A DNA stretch of 64,000 bases from Planktothrix sp. GU0601_MAG3 (GCA_035193785.1 CP136572.1:1376001-1440000); one strand, 5' to 3'; numbered from the stretch's first letter, positions 1 to 15,129 are shown. Made by a program: numbers and translations. The notes: generated from the letters alone by a model not told the origin.

Positions 1-26
1 AAATCTATTAATCTTGAGCAAGACCT

Positions 27-1766
27 ATGAATAACAATCCATTAATAGAATCAATTGATCCCCTAGAAGTTACAACAATAAATACTATTGAGAAATCATC
101 GACAATTCAACCTCAAAACTTAGATGATTTTATCGATCAAACCCTAATTAAATTTACTGATGCAGTTTCCTTTAATTCTATCTCTCGCTCTCCTGAAATT
201 CCTGCTAATTTAGTCCAAGCAATGCAAGAATTGATTCAAATTATTGCCCATTTGCGATCGCCCAATGGAGCCTGGCCCACCAATTTACCCCAAACCCCTG
301 AGAACCTAATTCCTTATGTTATAGAAGAAGTTTCTGAAGTTTTAACAGCCTATAGGGGAATTACAAATGGGGAATATTTCACTTCCTCCCCCTCCCCCGC
401 CTCCCCTGCTCCCCCTGCTCCCCCTGCTCCCCTGCTCCAGCCCCCGGTTATTTTATTTCTTAATACATTCGTTTCTCAATTATTGTGGAATTTATCCCAG
501 ACTTCCTATCAATTTATGCGACTATTGACCGGAATTAATGCTGAGATTTTATTACCCAATCAAGATTGGACACCCGGAAAATTAAGATTAGTTGCCAGTT
601 TAATCATTAAAACCGAAAAGCTACAGAGTGCAATAGATCTAGCAACCAGTTTTTTTCCTCCTCCATTTATTCCGACCGAAGCCTATATTCAATCCAATGA
701 TTGTGACCTATGTCAGCATCCTTTAGAGGTTCAATCTTTACTAAAACAAATTACCCATCACCTGCAAGATAATCTGCATCAAATTAATTTCTTAACTAAT
801 CCCATCAATACTGAAATTTTTTATCCCAAAAGTCAATGGGAGCCGAGTCAAATCAATATAGAAATTGGATTTCAATTTATTCCTGACCTGGAAACATCAA
901 AGGTCAGTCCCCTTTATTATTCTTGGGAAGATGATCAGACAGAAGATGATTTTTTAAAGACAAATACACCAATTCAAGATGTTGAATATTCAATTTTGGC
1001 TTCCGTTTCTCAAGCCTCTTTATTAAAAACACAAATTCGACTCACCGACCCAGGAATCATTCAACCCTATATTCAGAGCCAAATTCAAAATTATGGTTTA
1101 CACTGGCTTAAACAACAAAAACAATCCCATAATCTGAACCTTTCCGCCAAAACCATTTCAATTCCTGATCTTCAAGCCGAACAGTCCTCTTTTATCGACT
1201 TAATTCAAATTGCAGATGAATTAGTTGATATTATTTACAGTCCCCAATCTCCCTCCAGTTTGATGCGTCTCCAGCCTGAAATTCCACTAATAGAATTATC
1301 CCTAAGATTACTATGGCAGATGGTTAAAAGCAGTTATAATATTATGCAACTTATTAGTGGAATTAAAGCCAAAGTCCTACAACCTGGATTAGTTTGGGAA
1401 ACCGGACATCTGAGGTTATTAGCAGTTTTAAATGCGGAATTTCAAAACGATTCTTGGGAAGTAGATATTGCCAGCAGTCAACCTCTGCAATTTGACGTAA
1501 ATCTCCTTATCCCTAGCTCAATTATCCAGTCAGATAGCCATGAATGGTGTCGATTTCCTCAATTAATAGAATTTTTAAAACTGCAAATTATTAATTTATT
1601 AGAAACCACTCCCGAACTTAAAAGTTGGATCAAAGGAGTCAAAATAGATTGGGGTAATTCCCAGGAAAATTTAAAACTATCTATTCCTTGGAAATCTGGA
1701 TTTGCTCAACTTAGCTTTGATTTTGAATGGATTCCCGATCAGTTATCGACAAAAAATCAGTTTTAA
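27..1766 (+). CDS. Hypothetical cyanobacterial protein with a MazG-like N-terminal segment and an internally duplicated domain
   Basis: 579-aa ORF. LIQIIAHLRSPNGAWP..QTPENLIPYVIEE resembles the MazG N-terminus. Two similar blocks LLW..SY..M.L..GI.A..L.P...W..G.LRL. Confidence 0.6.
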   Translation: MNNNPLIESIDPLEVTTINTIEKSSTIQPQNLDDFIDQTLIKFTDAVSFNSISRSPEIPANLVQAMQELIQIIAHLRSPNGAWPTNLPQTPENLIPYVIEEVSEVLTAYRGITNGEYFTSSPSPASPAPPAPPAPLLQPPVILFLNTFVSQLLWNLSQTSYQFMRLLTGINAEILLPNQDWTPGKLRLVASLIIKTEKLQSAIDLATSFFPPPFIPTEAYIQSNDCDLCQHPLEVQSLLKQITHHLQDNLHQINFLTNPINTEIFYPKSQWEPSQINIEIGFQFIPDLETSKVSPLYYSWEDDQTEDDFLKTNTPIQDVEYSILASVSQASLLKTQIRLTDPGIIQPYIQSQIQNYGLHWLKQQKQSHNLNLSAKTISIPDLQAEQSSFIDLIQIADELVDIIYSPQSPSSLMRLQPEIPLIELSLRLLWQMVKSSYNIMQLISGIKAKVLQPGLVWETGHLRLLAVLNAEFQNDSWEVDIASSQPLQFDVNLLIPSSIIQSDSHEWCRFPQLIEFLKLQIINLLETTPELKSWIKGVKIDWGNSQENLKLSIPWKSGFAQLSFDFEWIPDQLSTKNQF

Positions 1767-1856
1767 GTCGTTTATGATCAGCAATGATTCTTAAACAATT
1801 AAAACCTAATTTATAATCATTAGGCTTTAAATCAAACTATTACACCGACAACCCAA

Positions 1857-2544
1857 ATGTATACTTATGCTTTTTTCAAAACACCCACATCAACCCTTAA
1901 ACTCCCTTCTGGAATTAGAGGTTGTTTAGAAATTATAGGTTTTCAAGGATTATCCGCCTTAGTAGAACCCGATTTAAAAGCTCAAGACCTCCCAGATACC
2001 GATGAAACAGTTAATACAGGCCGTTTTAACCCATGATCAAATTATCCGTTCTGTTTTTGAACAAATCACCCTATTACCGCTGCGCTTCGGAATGTGTTTT
2101 CATTCCGCCATCGCACTTTCCGAGCATTTAGCTCTGCATCAACAGGACTATTTACAAAAACTAGAGCAATTCCAAGGGAAGACCGAGTATTGCGTACAGG
2201 GAATTCCCCTCGAACCCACCCCAGTTCGTACTCCCCCCAACCCCATAAACCCATCCCCCCAGGGAGGACGAGACTACTTTTTAGCCAAAAAACAACTCCA
2301 TCAGCTTCAAATCGACCATCAACAGCAGCAAGTCCAGGAATGGCAACAGCTAGTTAACACCCTTAGCCAAACCTATACAGAAATCCATTTCGCCGATAGT
2401 CAACCCAAGCGAGAACGCATCTATATATTGATTCACCAAACCCAATCGCCCCAACTTCGAGAGAAACTCGACCAATGGCAAAACCAATCCCCCCATTGGC
2501 AGTTAACCCTTGGGGACGCCATACCCCCCTATCATTTTCTATAA
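1857..2544 (+). CDS. gvpW: GvpL/GvpF-family gas vesicle protein (GvpW-like); +1 frameshift at GAAAC 2004-2008
   Basis: ATG 1857 reads MYTYAFF...ALVEP. Removing one A joins it to QLIQAVLTHD...LPLRFG...PPYHF, typical GvpF/L motifs. Confidence 0.7.
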
Positions 2545-2672
2545 ACACCACTTTGTATGGCCCACATCGAACAATATTCGTCCCTTCCATCTACATCGTT
2601 AAAGGGTGAGTTGTCTAAAAGGCTGATTATACAAGGGATTCCCAGACCAGGAAAAAAAGATCAGAAAAAGGG

Positions 2673-2701
2673 TTGACAAGACCGTGGAGGTTAGATATAT
2701 T
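2673..2701 (+). promoter_or_regulatory. rrn sigma70-type promoter
   Basis: TTGACA-17bp-TATATT, followed by a boxB-like hairpin and boxA-like GAACCTAGAAAA (~2742). Confidence 0.75.
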
Positions 2702-2885
2702 AGTAAATGCGCTCGAGAAACGAAAGCGACGAGAGCGTCCCGAACCTAGAAAAAAGAATACGTTTGAAAGTCGAATTTACAAACTCCTAGTCAAAAAACT
2801 AACAGAGGAGTCAACTGTAAAGTTGATGACTCAAAAATAACATGACTAATCTAATTAGTCAAGAGAAGAGCTAACAGATTCTTCA

Positions 2886-4376
<1,491 letters not shown>

Positions 4377-4495
4377 TTAGGGAGACCTACTTTTGAGTCG
4401 AGTGTTCAATCCAAAACATAACACCCTCAAAAGTCATCCCAAGGTCGTGCTAGGAAAAAAAAGAGACTTTCAAACGTATCTCAAGTTCGGAAAAA

Positions 4496-4569
<74 letters not shown>

Positions 4570-4581
4570 CCTAAACAATGT

Positions 4582-4654
4582 GGGGGTATAGCTCAGTTGG
4601 TAGAGCGCTGCCTTTGCAAGGCAGATGTCAGCGGTTCGAGTCCGCTTACCTCCA
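4582..4654 (+). tRNA. trnA: tRNA-Ala(UGC)
   Basis: GGGGGTATAGCTCAG...TTTGCAA...GGTTCGAGTCC...CTCCA. Confidence 0.97.
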
Positions 4655-4864
4655 CTGAAAATATTCCTAGAACAAATCAGCACTACAGCTTTCCGTCAAG
4701 AAAGAGTAAATGCTGGAAAAAGTTCCAGCCAGAACCTTGAAAACTGCATAGAAGAATCAGAAGGGATCAAAAAATGAAACCAGAAACCGGGAATAAGAAA
4801 CCCGGAAAAGTTCTGGTGTTCAGGAGTTCGGAAACGAACAGAAATTCTCTAAAAAAGAGAAAGT

Positions 4865-7750
<2,886 letters not shown>

Positions 7751-7850
7751 CAATTTAACTACTCTTCTGATTCTCTATGCAGTCTTCAGTTTTCTGTTTG
7801 ATTCAGTTATTAAATAATTGAAATAAAATAATTGAATAATTAAATAGAAT

Positions 7851-7885
7851 AACTGCCCCGATTAAAACTGGGGCAGTTTCTGTTT
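7851..7885 (+). terminator. Intrinsic terminator closing the rrn operon
   Basis: AACTGCCCC...GGGGCAGTT hairpin followed by TCTGTTT. Confidence 0.7.
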
Positions 7886-7923
7886 AAAGATTTTTGATTC
7901 AAATAGATGGATAGATAGACTGT

Positions 7924-8181
7924 ATGTGTCTCAAGCAAGTTTTTGTTTGTCAAAACCGTACCTGTCGTAAACAAGGGAGTGACCGGATATTAGCATTATT
8001 TGAGGAACAGTCTGATTCTGGGATCAAGATTCAAGGAATAGGCTGTTTAGGAAAATGTGGCTCCGGGCCAATTGTGATCATTTTACCCGATGAAGTCTGG
8101 TACTATCATTTTAACCCTAGAGATGTGCCTAGGATTATCCAACAATATTTATCGGCAGGATGTGGAGAGCTTGAAAATTGA
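7924..8181 (+). CDS. Thioredoxin-like (2Fe-2S) ferredoxin
   Basis: VCQNRTC...GCLGKCGSGP...P.EVWY motif. Confidence 0.8.
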   Translation: MCLKQVFVCQNRTCRKQGSDRILALFEEQSDSGIKIQGIGCLGKCGSGPIVIILPDEVWYYHFNPRDVPRIIQQYLSAGCGELEN

Positions 8182-8218
8182 ATGATCTGATTCTTTCTTC
8201 TTCTCTCCCCAAACTTGA

Positions 8219-9263
8219 TCAAGATGGATGGGTTACAAAAGGAACATCTACGACTTGTCCCTCTACTTCACCCACTTTAACCTTTGAACCGACTCCACCC
8301 GCCTTAGTGCGAATATAACCTAAACCAAAATGTTCTCCATCACTATTGGTATAACTGGTTAATTTTCCGACTTTAACATCATCAATCAATATCGGAGTTC
8401 CCGCCGAAACGGGCGCATTCAAACGAATACCCCAGAGTTTTTGTTTAACACCTTTATAGGTATTGAGACGAGTAATTGTTTCTTGGCCAATATAGCAACC
8501 CTTATCAAAGGATAGAGTTTGCCATAAACCCGCCTCCAAGGGGTTGTAATCTTCTGTAAGTTCTGTATCAGGTGCGGGACGGCCGGCTAAAACCCTTAAA
8601 TGCTGCCAAACGTTCTCACCCAAAGGAATAGCACCCCCCTGAATTAATACTTGCCAAACCGAGGCGGCAACGGATGCAGGAATGATCAGAGTATAGCCAA
8701 GGGTGTCCAAACCACTGCCCACAGCAATGCGGAGACTAGAAACCCGCAATTTCAACTAATTGATGGGAGCCGTAGGGTTGCTGTTGTAAATCTATGATGC
8801 CGAACTTGTTAAGAACCTGGGGACTATCTGGGCCGAGAAGACTAAAAACCGTATAATCATGGGTGATATCCTGCAACTCGACCTGATCCATCGGGAAAAT
8901 ATACCGATCTAGCCATGGCATCAACTGTTGACGACGGTTTGGTGAAACTAACAGGAGAATGGCATCTTCTGTGATCAGGGCCGTCGCTAAGTCAATAGTT
9001 CGAGCCGTAGAAGTGACGAATACCGTATCACAACCTTCTCCGGGTTTGAAACTCTGAATGGAATTGGTGCTTTGATTATGTAAAAATCGCAGTCGGTCGG
9101 CTCCCGAAATTTTTAATAGTCCCCAGTGAGACCGATCATAGATTGCAACACCCTGTTTTGTGGCGGTGATGGCTTCAGTATCATTGCCAAAACTGATGGG
9201 AATGTTTGAGTCGGCAAAAATAGCCCCGATAGAGGCTTGTAAATTCTGTAATTCTGAAATCAT
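8219..9263 (-). CDS. ygfZ: Folate-binding protein YgfZ/GcvT family; +1 frameshift at 8739-8743
   Basis: KGCYIGQE signature; two ORFs joined by removing one base. Confidence 0.9.
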
Positions 9264-9305
9264 GGCGGGAGTCCTCTTTTTGCATTTATAGATAGAGAAT
9301 GAAGA

Positions 9306-9704
9306 TCAAGAATAGGGAGCATCTGAGGGTAAATTAGCAAATAAATCTTGAATAATTTTACGAGTTTTAGTTTCTAGGTTTTGCCAATCCACATCTCCTA
9401 TTCCTTGATCAATTAAGCTCATATCAATTTCAACCTCAAAACTTTCTTGGGTGGTATGGGTCAGGTGATAGTTTTGAAAACAGATCTGATAACACAATTC
9501 CCAAATATCGACACTAACGTGCTGACCATTATGCTCCAATTCTAACCGATATCCAGGGAGAGGATCTTGGACTTCCTGATAACTTCCTGTCCAAATAGAT
9601 TCGTCTAATTGTTTACGGATGTTGTCTAGGAGGCGAATCAAAGCTGGCTGCATCAGGAGTTCAGCCTGTTGCCAAGCCAGGGGATCTTTAATTTTAGGTT
9701 TCAT
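9306..9704 (-). CDS. Conserved cyanobacterial hypothetical protein
   Basis: 132-aa ORF, typical codon usage. Confidence 0.7.
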   Translation of the reverse strand: MKPKIKDPLAWQQAELLMQPALIRLLDNIRKQLDESIWTGSYQEVQDPLPGYRLELEHNGQHVSVDIWELCYQICFQNYHLTHTTQESFEVEIDMSLIDQGIGDVDWQNLETKTRKIIQDLFANLPSDAPYS

Positions 9705-9820
9705 ATATCTGAATTTTCCAGGGATTTTTTTATTGTCTGATGTTTATGCTAAAAGTGCCAAATCTTCTTGAAATCAGAAGTAATTAATACTGATCGGGTA
9801 TTTTTTAATGATAATTAACT

Positions 9821-11732
9821 CTAAAAATCTTCTTCACTGCTATTTCCTGCTGGTTGATCAGAGGGTAAAAATAAAACGGGTTTCCCGCTAATCAGGCGAT
9901 TAATTTCAGCTAGAGTTTCCGTTCGAGATAGTCCATCTCTGGTGATTAAAAGTTTTAAAATATCAAAACTGGTGGTTTTTGTAGAGAAATAACCTCCATG
10001 AATATCAACTTTTCCCGCAATAAAAAATAAGGTGTTGATCAGATCAATAATCAGACTTGTCCAAATATTTAAGGGGAGAGAGGTACAATTTAATCCCGGC
10101 ATTTCAGAACAATCAATATAGTTAAACTTTTCAAATAAATCATAGGCTGATGTGGGTTGAACTGCTGATTGGGAACTAATCATCAACCGAATATAAGGCT
10201 GATAATCAATTTGATTTTGGGACTTTTTAAAAGGTTTTAAATAAACATTTCCCAGTCGTAATCCTGACATTTCTATACTGGGTTTCACTAAACCAATTGC
10301 CTAAAATAGAAAGATAGCGAAGAATCAAATCTCGATCGCTAGAAAACAAATAAATTTCATTACATCGTAAAATGGCAGAACGCACATAATTATTCCGACC
10401 TTCTCGAAGAAATTCTAAGGGAATATCAGGGGAAGTTAAAATGAGTTTGTCTAGTTGTAGGTAATCACCCATGTTGTTTTTTTCATATTCTAAGCGATCT
10501 TCTTTGCCAAATCGATCGGAGAGAATTCTCAGGACATTTACAATAACTAACCCCCCCATACTATGTCCAATTAAATTAACATTCATTACCGGAAATTTTT
10601 GGTTATAATAATTGGCAATAGCCGTTTCTTTTTGCGGTTCAAAAAAAGGCATAGATGTATAGGGATTGTCCCCTAAAACCTTATCTAATCTCCAAAAAAA
10701 TTCTGCTAAATCCGGTGCGCCATAGTGAATTGCTCGATAGCGATCGCGTTGATAAACAGAAATTCTTAAAATCTGCATTAATAATAACCACAGGATAAAA
10801 ACCGTTAGGGTTACTCCATTCCATTGAGCCATTAAATCAGAAATTTCATGCCAATTAAACCAATGCCAAAAAGGAGATAAAGGTGGTTCTATCCCTAATA
10901 AATTAACCAGGGGAACCCCCAGGAAGGTTAAGAGAATATAAAATCCCGTACCAAACATCCAAGCTAATAGAGCGACAATAAATAAAAACTTTAATGAAAG
11001 ACCTTTTTGTTCAGTTATATCGCTCCATAATCCGGGATTAATTAAGGGCATTTCACTCGGCCAATGGTAACCAATATAAACACTCTTATTTTCTAAGGTT
11101 CCAATTTGATTAATCGGCCCCTTCACGGATAAGGATTCTATTTCTGCGATAAATTCTTGATAAAATTTATAAGCTGGACTGGCGTAACCATGGGTTTTTA
11201 AGGTGATGCGTTCAAAGTTTGCCGTCCGCATCATTCGTCCCATTTCAGCAATATTAAATAGGGGGCGAAATCTTTTTAAAGGGGGCAATTGTCGATCTAC
11301 ATTTAATGAAGTGCGGGCGGTACTAACGACTAAAAAACTATTGGAATATTGACGATCAACATAAATTTCAAAATTACGACTTACTGCTTTAGCAAATTGT
11401 TTATTATGCCAACTATTTAAGGATCTAATTACATAATCTTCATTAACTTGACTATCAAAATCCGGGTATTCTTCTAAATTGCAGGTAGAACGTAAGGCTT
11501 GTGCAATTTCTAATTCAGAACGATAACTACCATAGAGAGGCAAATTATAGAGGGTTTGGGTCTTCCTTCCCTTGGGAACAGAATAGGCTAGTTGGATAAT
11601 ACGAGCTTTTGTCCAAGCATCGGAAAAGGGTGCTGTATTGCGAACAATAGACTCTAACCAACCAGAGTCATTTTCCATGGTTTCTTGATGCCAGTACAGG
11701 GGTAAACCTTTGTATATCTGCTGAGTACCCAT
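9821..11732 (-). CDS. Membrane-associated alpha/beta hydrolase (DUF900-like); +1 frameshift at 10282-10286
   Basis: HGY, YHWPS, GHSMG nucleophile elbow and SPDI motifs; two hydrophobic helices. Confidence 0.7.
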
Positions 11733-11742
11733 AGTGCTTTTA

Positions 11743-11850
11743 ATCAGTGATCAGTGATCAGTTATCAGTTATCAGTGTAAGAGTAATCAGTAGCTTTCAA
11801 ATTAGAATCTTACACCAATTACTGATTACTAATTATTGATAACTGATTAC
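11743..11850. repeat. STRR-type heptamer repeats (ATCAGTG/ATCAGTT and inverse)
   Basis: tcagtgatcagtgatcagttatcagttatcagt ... actgattact..aactgattac. Confidence 0.7.
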
Positions 11851-12221
11851 AGCGATCGCATAACCCAAAAAACTCTAAGGTATGGTAATAAATTTTAAAA
11901 TTGTGGGATTGTTGTAGTTCAATTTCCAGGTGGTGGACAGGACAGTCATCGAGGGGAATCGAAACGTCCACATTCAACACAGGTGAGATGATGTTCGTCT
12001 TGCTGCATACAACTATAAACCGCCTCCCCCGTTGTTAAGGTGCGGACATTAATTAACCCTTCCCGTTTTAAAGCATCTAAGGAGCGATAAACCGTGGCTA
12101 ACCCCATCATTTGGTTTGTTTTGCGCAACTCCAAATAAAGGTCTTGAGCGGAAACCGATCGTTTTAGGGCTTTAAGTTTGGTGAGAATCCGGTCTTGACT
12201 ACGGGTGCGACGAGGTTTCAT
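11819..12221 (-). CDS. Fur-family regulator (Zur-like); +1 frameshift at 11961-11965
   Basis: GLATVYRSL, HHLTCVECG; corrected C-terminus ..HTLEFFGLCDRC.. ends at TAA 11819. Confidence 0.85.
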
Positions 12222-12320
12222 TATCAATTATTTGCAAATCTTACCTGTTTATGTGGCTATTTTAACAGGATACAATATAGAAACCCTGACCTGTATGAAC
12301 GGCTGACGGATAGGAGGAGA

Positions 12321-12677
12321 TTATTCCTCATCGTCCAAGGGATGAAGTGATGGCTTCTGAAATAAAGATTTGACTTTAGCCATACCAGATTGGAGTTTTT
12401 TTAGGGGTTTAATCTGTTGAAAGACCATCACCCCACCGGTCACTAACATCCAAAGTAAGCCTAGGCCATTGAGCAACACATAAAGTGGCTCTAAGGTTTG
12501 TCCTAAATACTCACCTTCGTGGATACTCATAAGAAGATGTACTTGGTCGCGGGATAGTCCCAACCAACTTTTCCCCACCCGATAGGAAACACCTGTGGTG
12601 ACGGTAACGAACAAAGGCAGCAAAACAATCGGTGCCAAGGTACGATGCCATTTTCTCAGGTGTTGATTCAGGTTCAT
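12321..12677 (-). CDS. PepSY-associated TM helix membrane protein
   Basis: RKWHR.LAPI..LPL..T..TG and HEGEYLG motifs. Confidence 0.7.
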   Translation of the reverse strand: MNLNQHLRKWHRTLAPIVLLPLFVTVTTGVSYRVGKSWLGLSRDQVHLLMSIHEGEYLGQTLEPLYVLLNGLGLLWMLVTGGVMVFQQIKPLKKLQSGMAKVKSLFQKPSLHPLDDEE

Positions 12678-12700
12678 GATGTTGCTCAGTCAAAATTCAA

Positions 12701-13018
12701 CGGGACTGGGCGGATTTGAACCGCCGACCTAGCGCTTCAGATTTGTGTGAGTTTCCCCACTCTCTGGACTATTCCTTCACCGTAGGCGGGTATCGCCCGT
12801 AGGTGGTGGCCGTTTGTCTAAAGAATAAAATTATTATTCCCTAGAGCCAGTCTCTGCACCTTCTTTCCTTGTTTAGAGGGAAAGCTTGGCTCAAGATTAC
12901 CTTATCGGTTTCCCGACTTAGGCTTCCTTGAGTTTGACCACATTCACTCACAGGGTTTCCCCCAATGGTGCCCGATTCTTCAGGAGGCGCTTGCTCTATC
13001 CACCTGAGCCACAGCCCC
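12701..13018 (-). tRNA. trnR: tRNA-Arg(CCU) interrupted by a group I intron (exon1 13018-12982, exon2 12737-12701)
   Basis: Spliced form GGGGCTG TG GCTC AGGTGGATA GAGC A AGCGC CT CCT^AA GCGCT AGGTC GGCGG TTCAAAT CCGCC CAGTCCC G folds into a 74-nt cloverleaf. Confidence 0.93.
12738..12981 (-). ncRNA. Group I self-splicing intron (IC3-like), 244 nt, no homing endonuclease
   Basis: Follows exon U and ends in G. P1 CCU^GA-AGAA-UCGGG; P3 GUGGUC/GGCCAC; R GAAGGUGCAGAGACUG; S GAAGGAAUAGUCC; P9 GUGGG-GAAA-CUCAC. Confidence 0.92.
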
Positions 13019-13163
13019 AAATTGACACTATTTCTATAGTAGCATGATTTGCTCTCAATCTTATGATCACGGGGGAAAAATTTATATATAGCACTAGGGG
13101 AACACCGGAACACCGGAACACCGGAATCCTATATATCTCGTGACTTTGGCTCTAAAATGATAT

Positions 13164-13829
13164 TTAATCCTGGGATAACGCTGTTTTCCAGTTAAACAAT
13201 ATAAACAATAAAACGCTACTGATAACCGCCGCAAAGAAACACCAAACCGAAATGAAAGTGGCTTGATAAAATTGGTCTGCTAGAATGAAAGAAAGCATAA
13301 TAAAAATCCCAAATAAAGCTAGGAATTTTTGACTTGATATCATAAAAGGAACAGTAATCACCAGCAAATATAAATATTTACCAATATCATAAAAGAAGGC
13401 AAATTTAAAATCATATAATAAGTTAAGGTTGTAAAATAAATTACCTAAATCATTAGTCACCATCACTTTTTGTCTTACCACACAACTGACAAGATAAAGC
13501 CCTAAAATAGCTCCTATTACTGCTATTCCTAAAATGATTTTCTGGCGAAATGGATGATCTTCTAATAAATAAACTGAGAGGGGGCAAAAAATCAACCAAA
13601 GTCCCGTAGCAAAAACTAAAAAAATGTAGATTCCGATAAAGTAGAGGGGTGATGATTGACGCTCTAAATTTAACCAGACCAGGCCCTCAAAAAATTGTTG
13701 AGTTGCGAATAACAATGGAAAAGTTGCCAATAAAAGCTGCTTTTTCGAGGTCGTTTGTTTCAGGGTTGCTATTCCTAAAACCGATAGGGAGAAACTAGCG
13801 GTAAAACTTGCCGTTGCTGAAAAGCACAT
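13164..13829 (-). CDS. Multi-pass membrane protein (DUF6629-like)
   Basis: Starts MCFSATASF; PLLFA.QQFFEG and SVWCFFAA motifs. Confidence 0.7.
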   Translation of the reverse strand: MCFSATASFTASFSLSVLGIATLKQTTSKKQLLLATFPLLFATQQFFEGLVWLNLERQSSPLYFIGIYIFLVFATGLWLIFCPLSVYLLEDHPFRQKIILGIAVIGAILGLYLVSCVVRQKVMVTNDLGNLFYNLNLLYDFKFAFFYDIGKYLYLLVITVPFMISSQKFLALFGIFIMLSFILADQFYQATFISVWCFFAAVISSVLLFILFNWKTALSQD

Positions 13830-14067
13830 AAAAATACTAGACTCGGTGAGTTCTTCCAACCTTAGATTGTTTAACATTTCTCGGGTTTTGGAACACCAGG
13901 GTATCAACTGCCTCCCCAACCTCGGTGCTGTAACCGTTCAATCCCATTCTACCTTTGTTAATAACTTTTAGCAGCAAACGGAGCAAGTCTGGGAATTTTC
14001 AGACTTTTCCTGATAAATTAGAACAACAAGATTGTTTATTATACAGCATTGAGAGGAAATAATATTC

Positions 14068-15129
14068 GTGGTAGCCGTGAATCAACCGATTACAGTGAAT
14101 GATCAAAATCTGATCGAAAAAGCACTTTTACTTAAAGTGAAACGACTGACCTCAGCCCGGGGACAATTGGTTCTGCCCTGCGCACCAGCTTTGATCGATG
14201 AATATATGACTCAGTTTAACGCTCTGCTGGCGGCCTTGGGGCAAAACTTCACCCCGGAGGAAATGAATGGCTTACGTCAACTGGTCGAACGGAAACTGCA
14301 TGAAGGATATCAGGCTTCACCCCATGCCCGTTTAATCTTTAGATATGAACCCCCCGAACCCACCCAGGGCCTAACCAGTGGTTTAAAACTAACCGTAACC
14401 ACCGAGGTTGCCTCCTTAGAAAACAAATATCAACGCTGGTTAACCACCCGGGAGGGGCCATTATTTGGAGCCCATCCCGATACTAAACTAATGGCCGTGG
14501 TGTCTGAATTTTCCGACCCAGCCCAAACTCCGATTTTAGATGTGGGGGCGGGGGTGGGTCGCAATACCCTACCTTTAGCCCGCAAGGGACATCCGGTGGA
14601 TGCGGTGGAACTCACCCCAGACTTTGCTCAAATTATCGCCAAGGAAGCTAAGGATGCCAGCCTACCGATTCGGGTAATTCAAAGTAATATTCTCAACCCG
14701 GCTTTAGTCCTCCCGGCTAATTATTATCGGTTAGTTTTAATTGCAGAAGTGATTTCCCATTTTCGCAACTTGGATGATGTCCAAACCCTCTTAACTAAAG
14801 TCTGTGATGCGGCGGCGACCGGGGGATTAATTTTATTCAGTACCTTTATCACCGATGCTGATTTTGAGCCGGATGATAAGATGCGGGAGATGGGTCAAAT
14901 TCAATGGTCTTATGTGATTACTCCGGGTGAAATGAATTCCCTAATCCAGAGTTTACCGCTACAACTGATTTCCAATGAGTCAGTATATGAGTATGAACGT
15001 GCCCATCTCCCCCCGGAAGCCTGGCCGCCGACGGGTTGGTTTGAACATTGGTCACAGGGTCGAGATGTGGTTCCGATTCAAAAACCCCCGATGTCCCTGC
15101 GTTGGTTATTATGTCGGGTGAATAAGTAG
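14068..15129 (+). CDS. Class I SAM-dependent methyltransferase
   Basis: ILDVGAGVGRN motif I, VDAVE. Confidence 0.8.
   Translation: MVAVNQPITVNDQNLIEKALLLKVKRLTSARGQLVLPCAPALIDEYMTQFNALLAALGQNFTPEEMNGLRQLVERKLHEGYQASPHARLIFRYEPPEPTQGLTSGLKLTVTTEVASLENKYQRWLTTREGPLFGAHPDTKLMAVVSEFSDPAQTPILDVGAGVGRNTLPLARKGHPVDAVELTPDFAQIIAKEAKDASLPIRVIQSNILNPALVLPANYYRLVLIAEVISHFRNLDDVQTLLTKVCDAAATGGLILFSTFITDADFEPDDKMREMGQIQWSYVITPGEMNSLIQSLPLQLISNESVYEYERAHLPPEAWPPTGWFEHWSQGRDVVPIQKPPMSLRWLLCRVNK

Noticed and set aside
12321..12701. Island integrated at the tRNA-Arg 3' end
   Set aside because: No duplicate of the tRNA 3' end and no integrase was seen
12841..13113. 90-aa ORF as an intron-encoded homing endonuclease
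   Set aside because: It runs through the tRNA 5' exon and ribozyme core and has no LAGLIDADG/HNH/GIY-YIG motif
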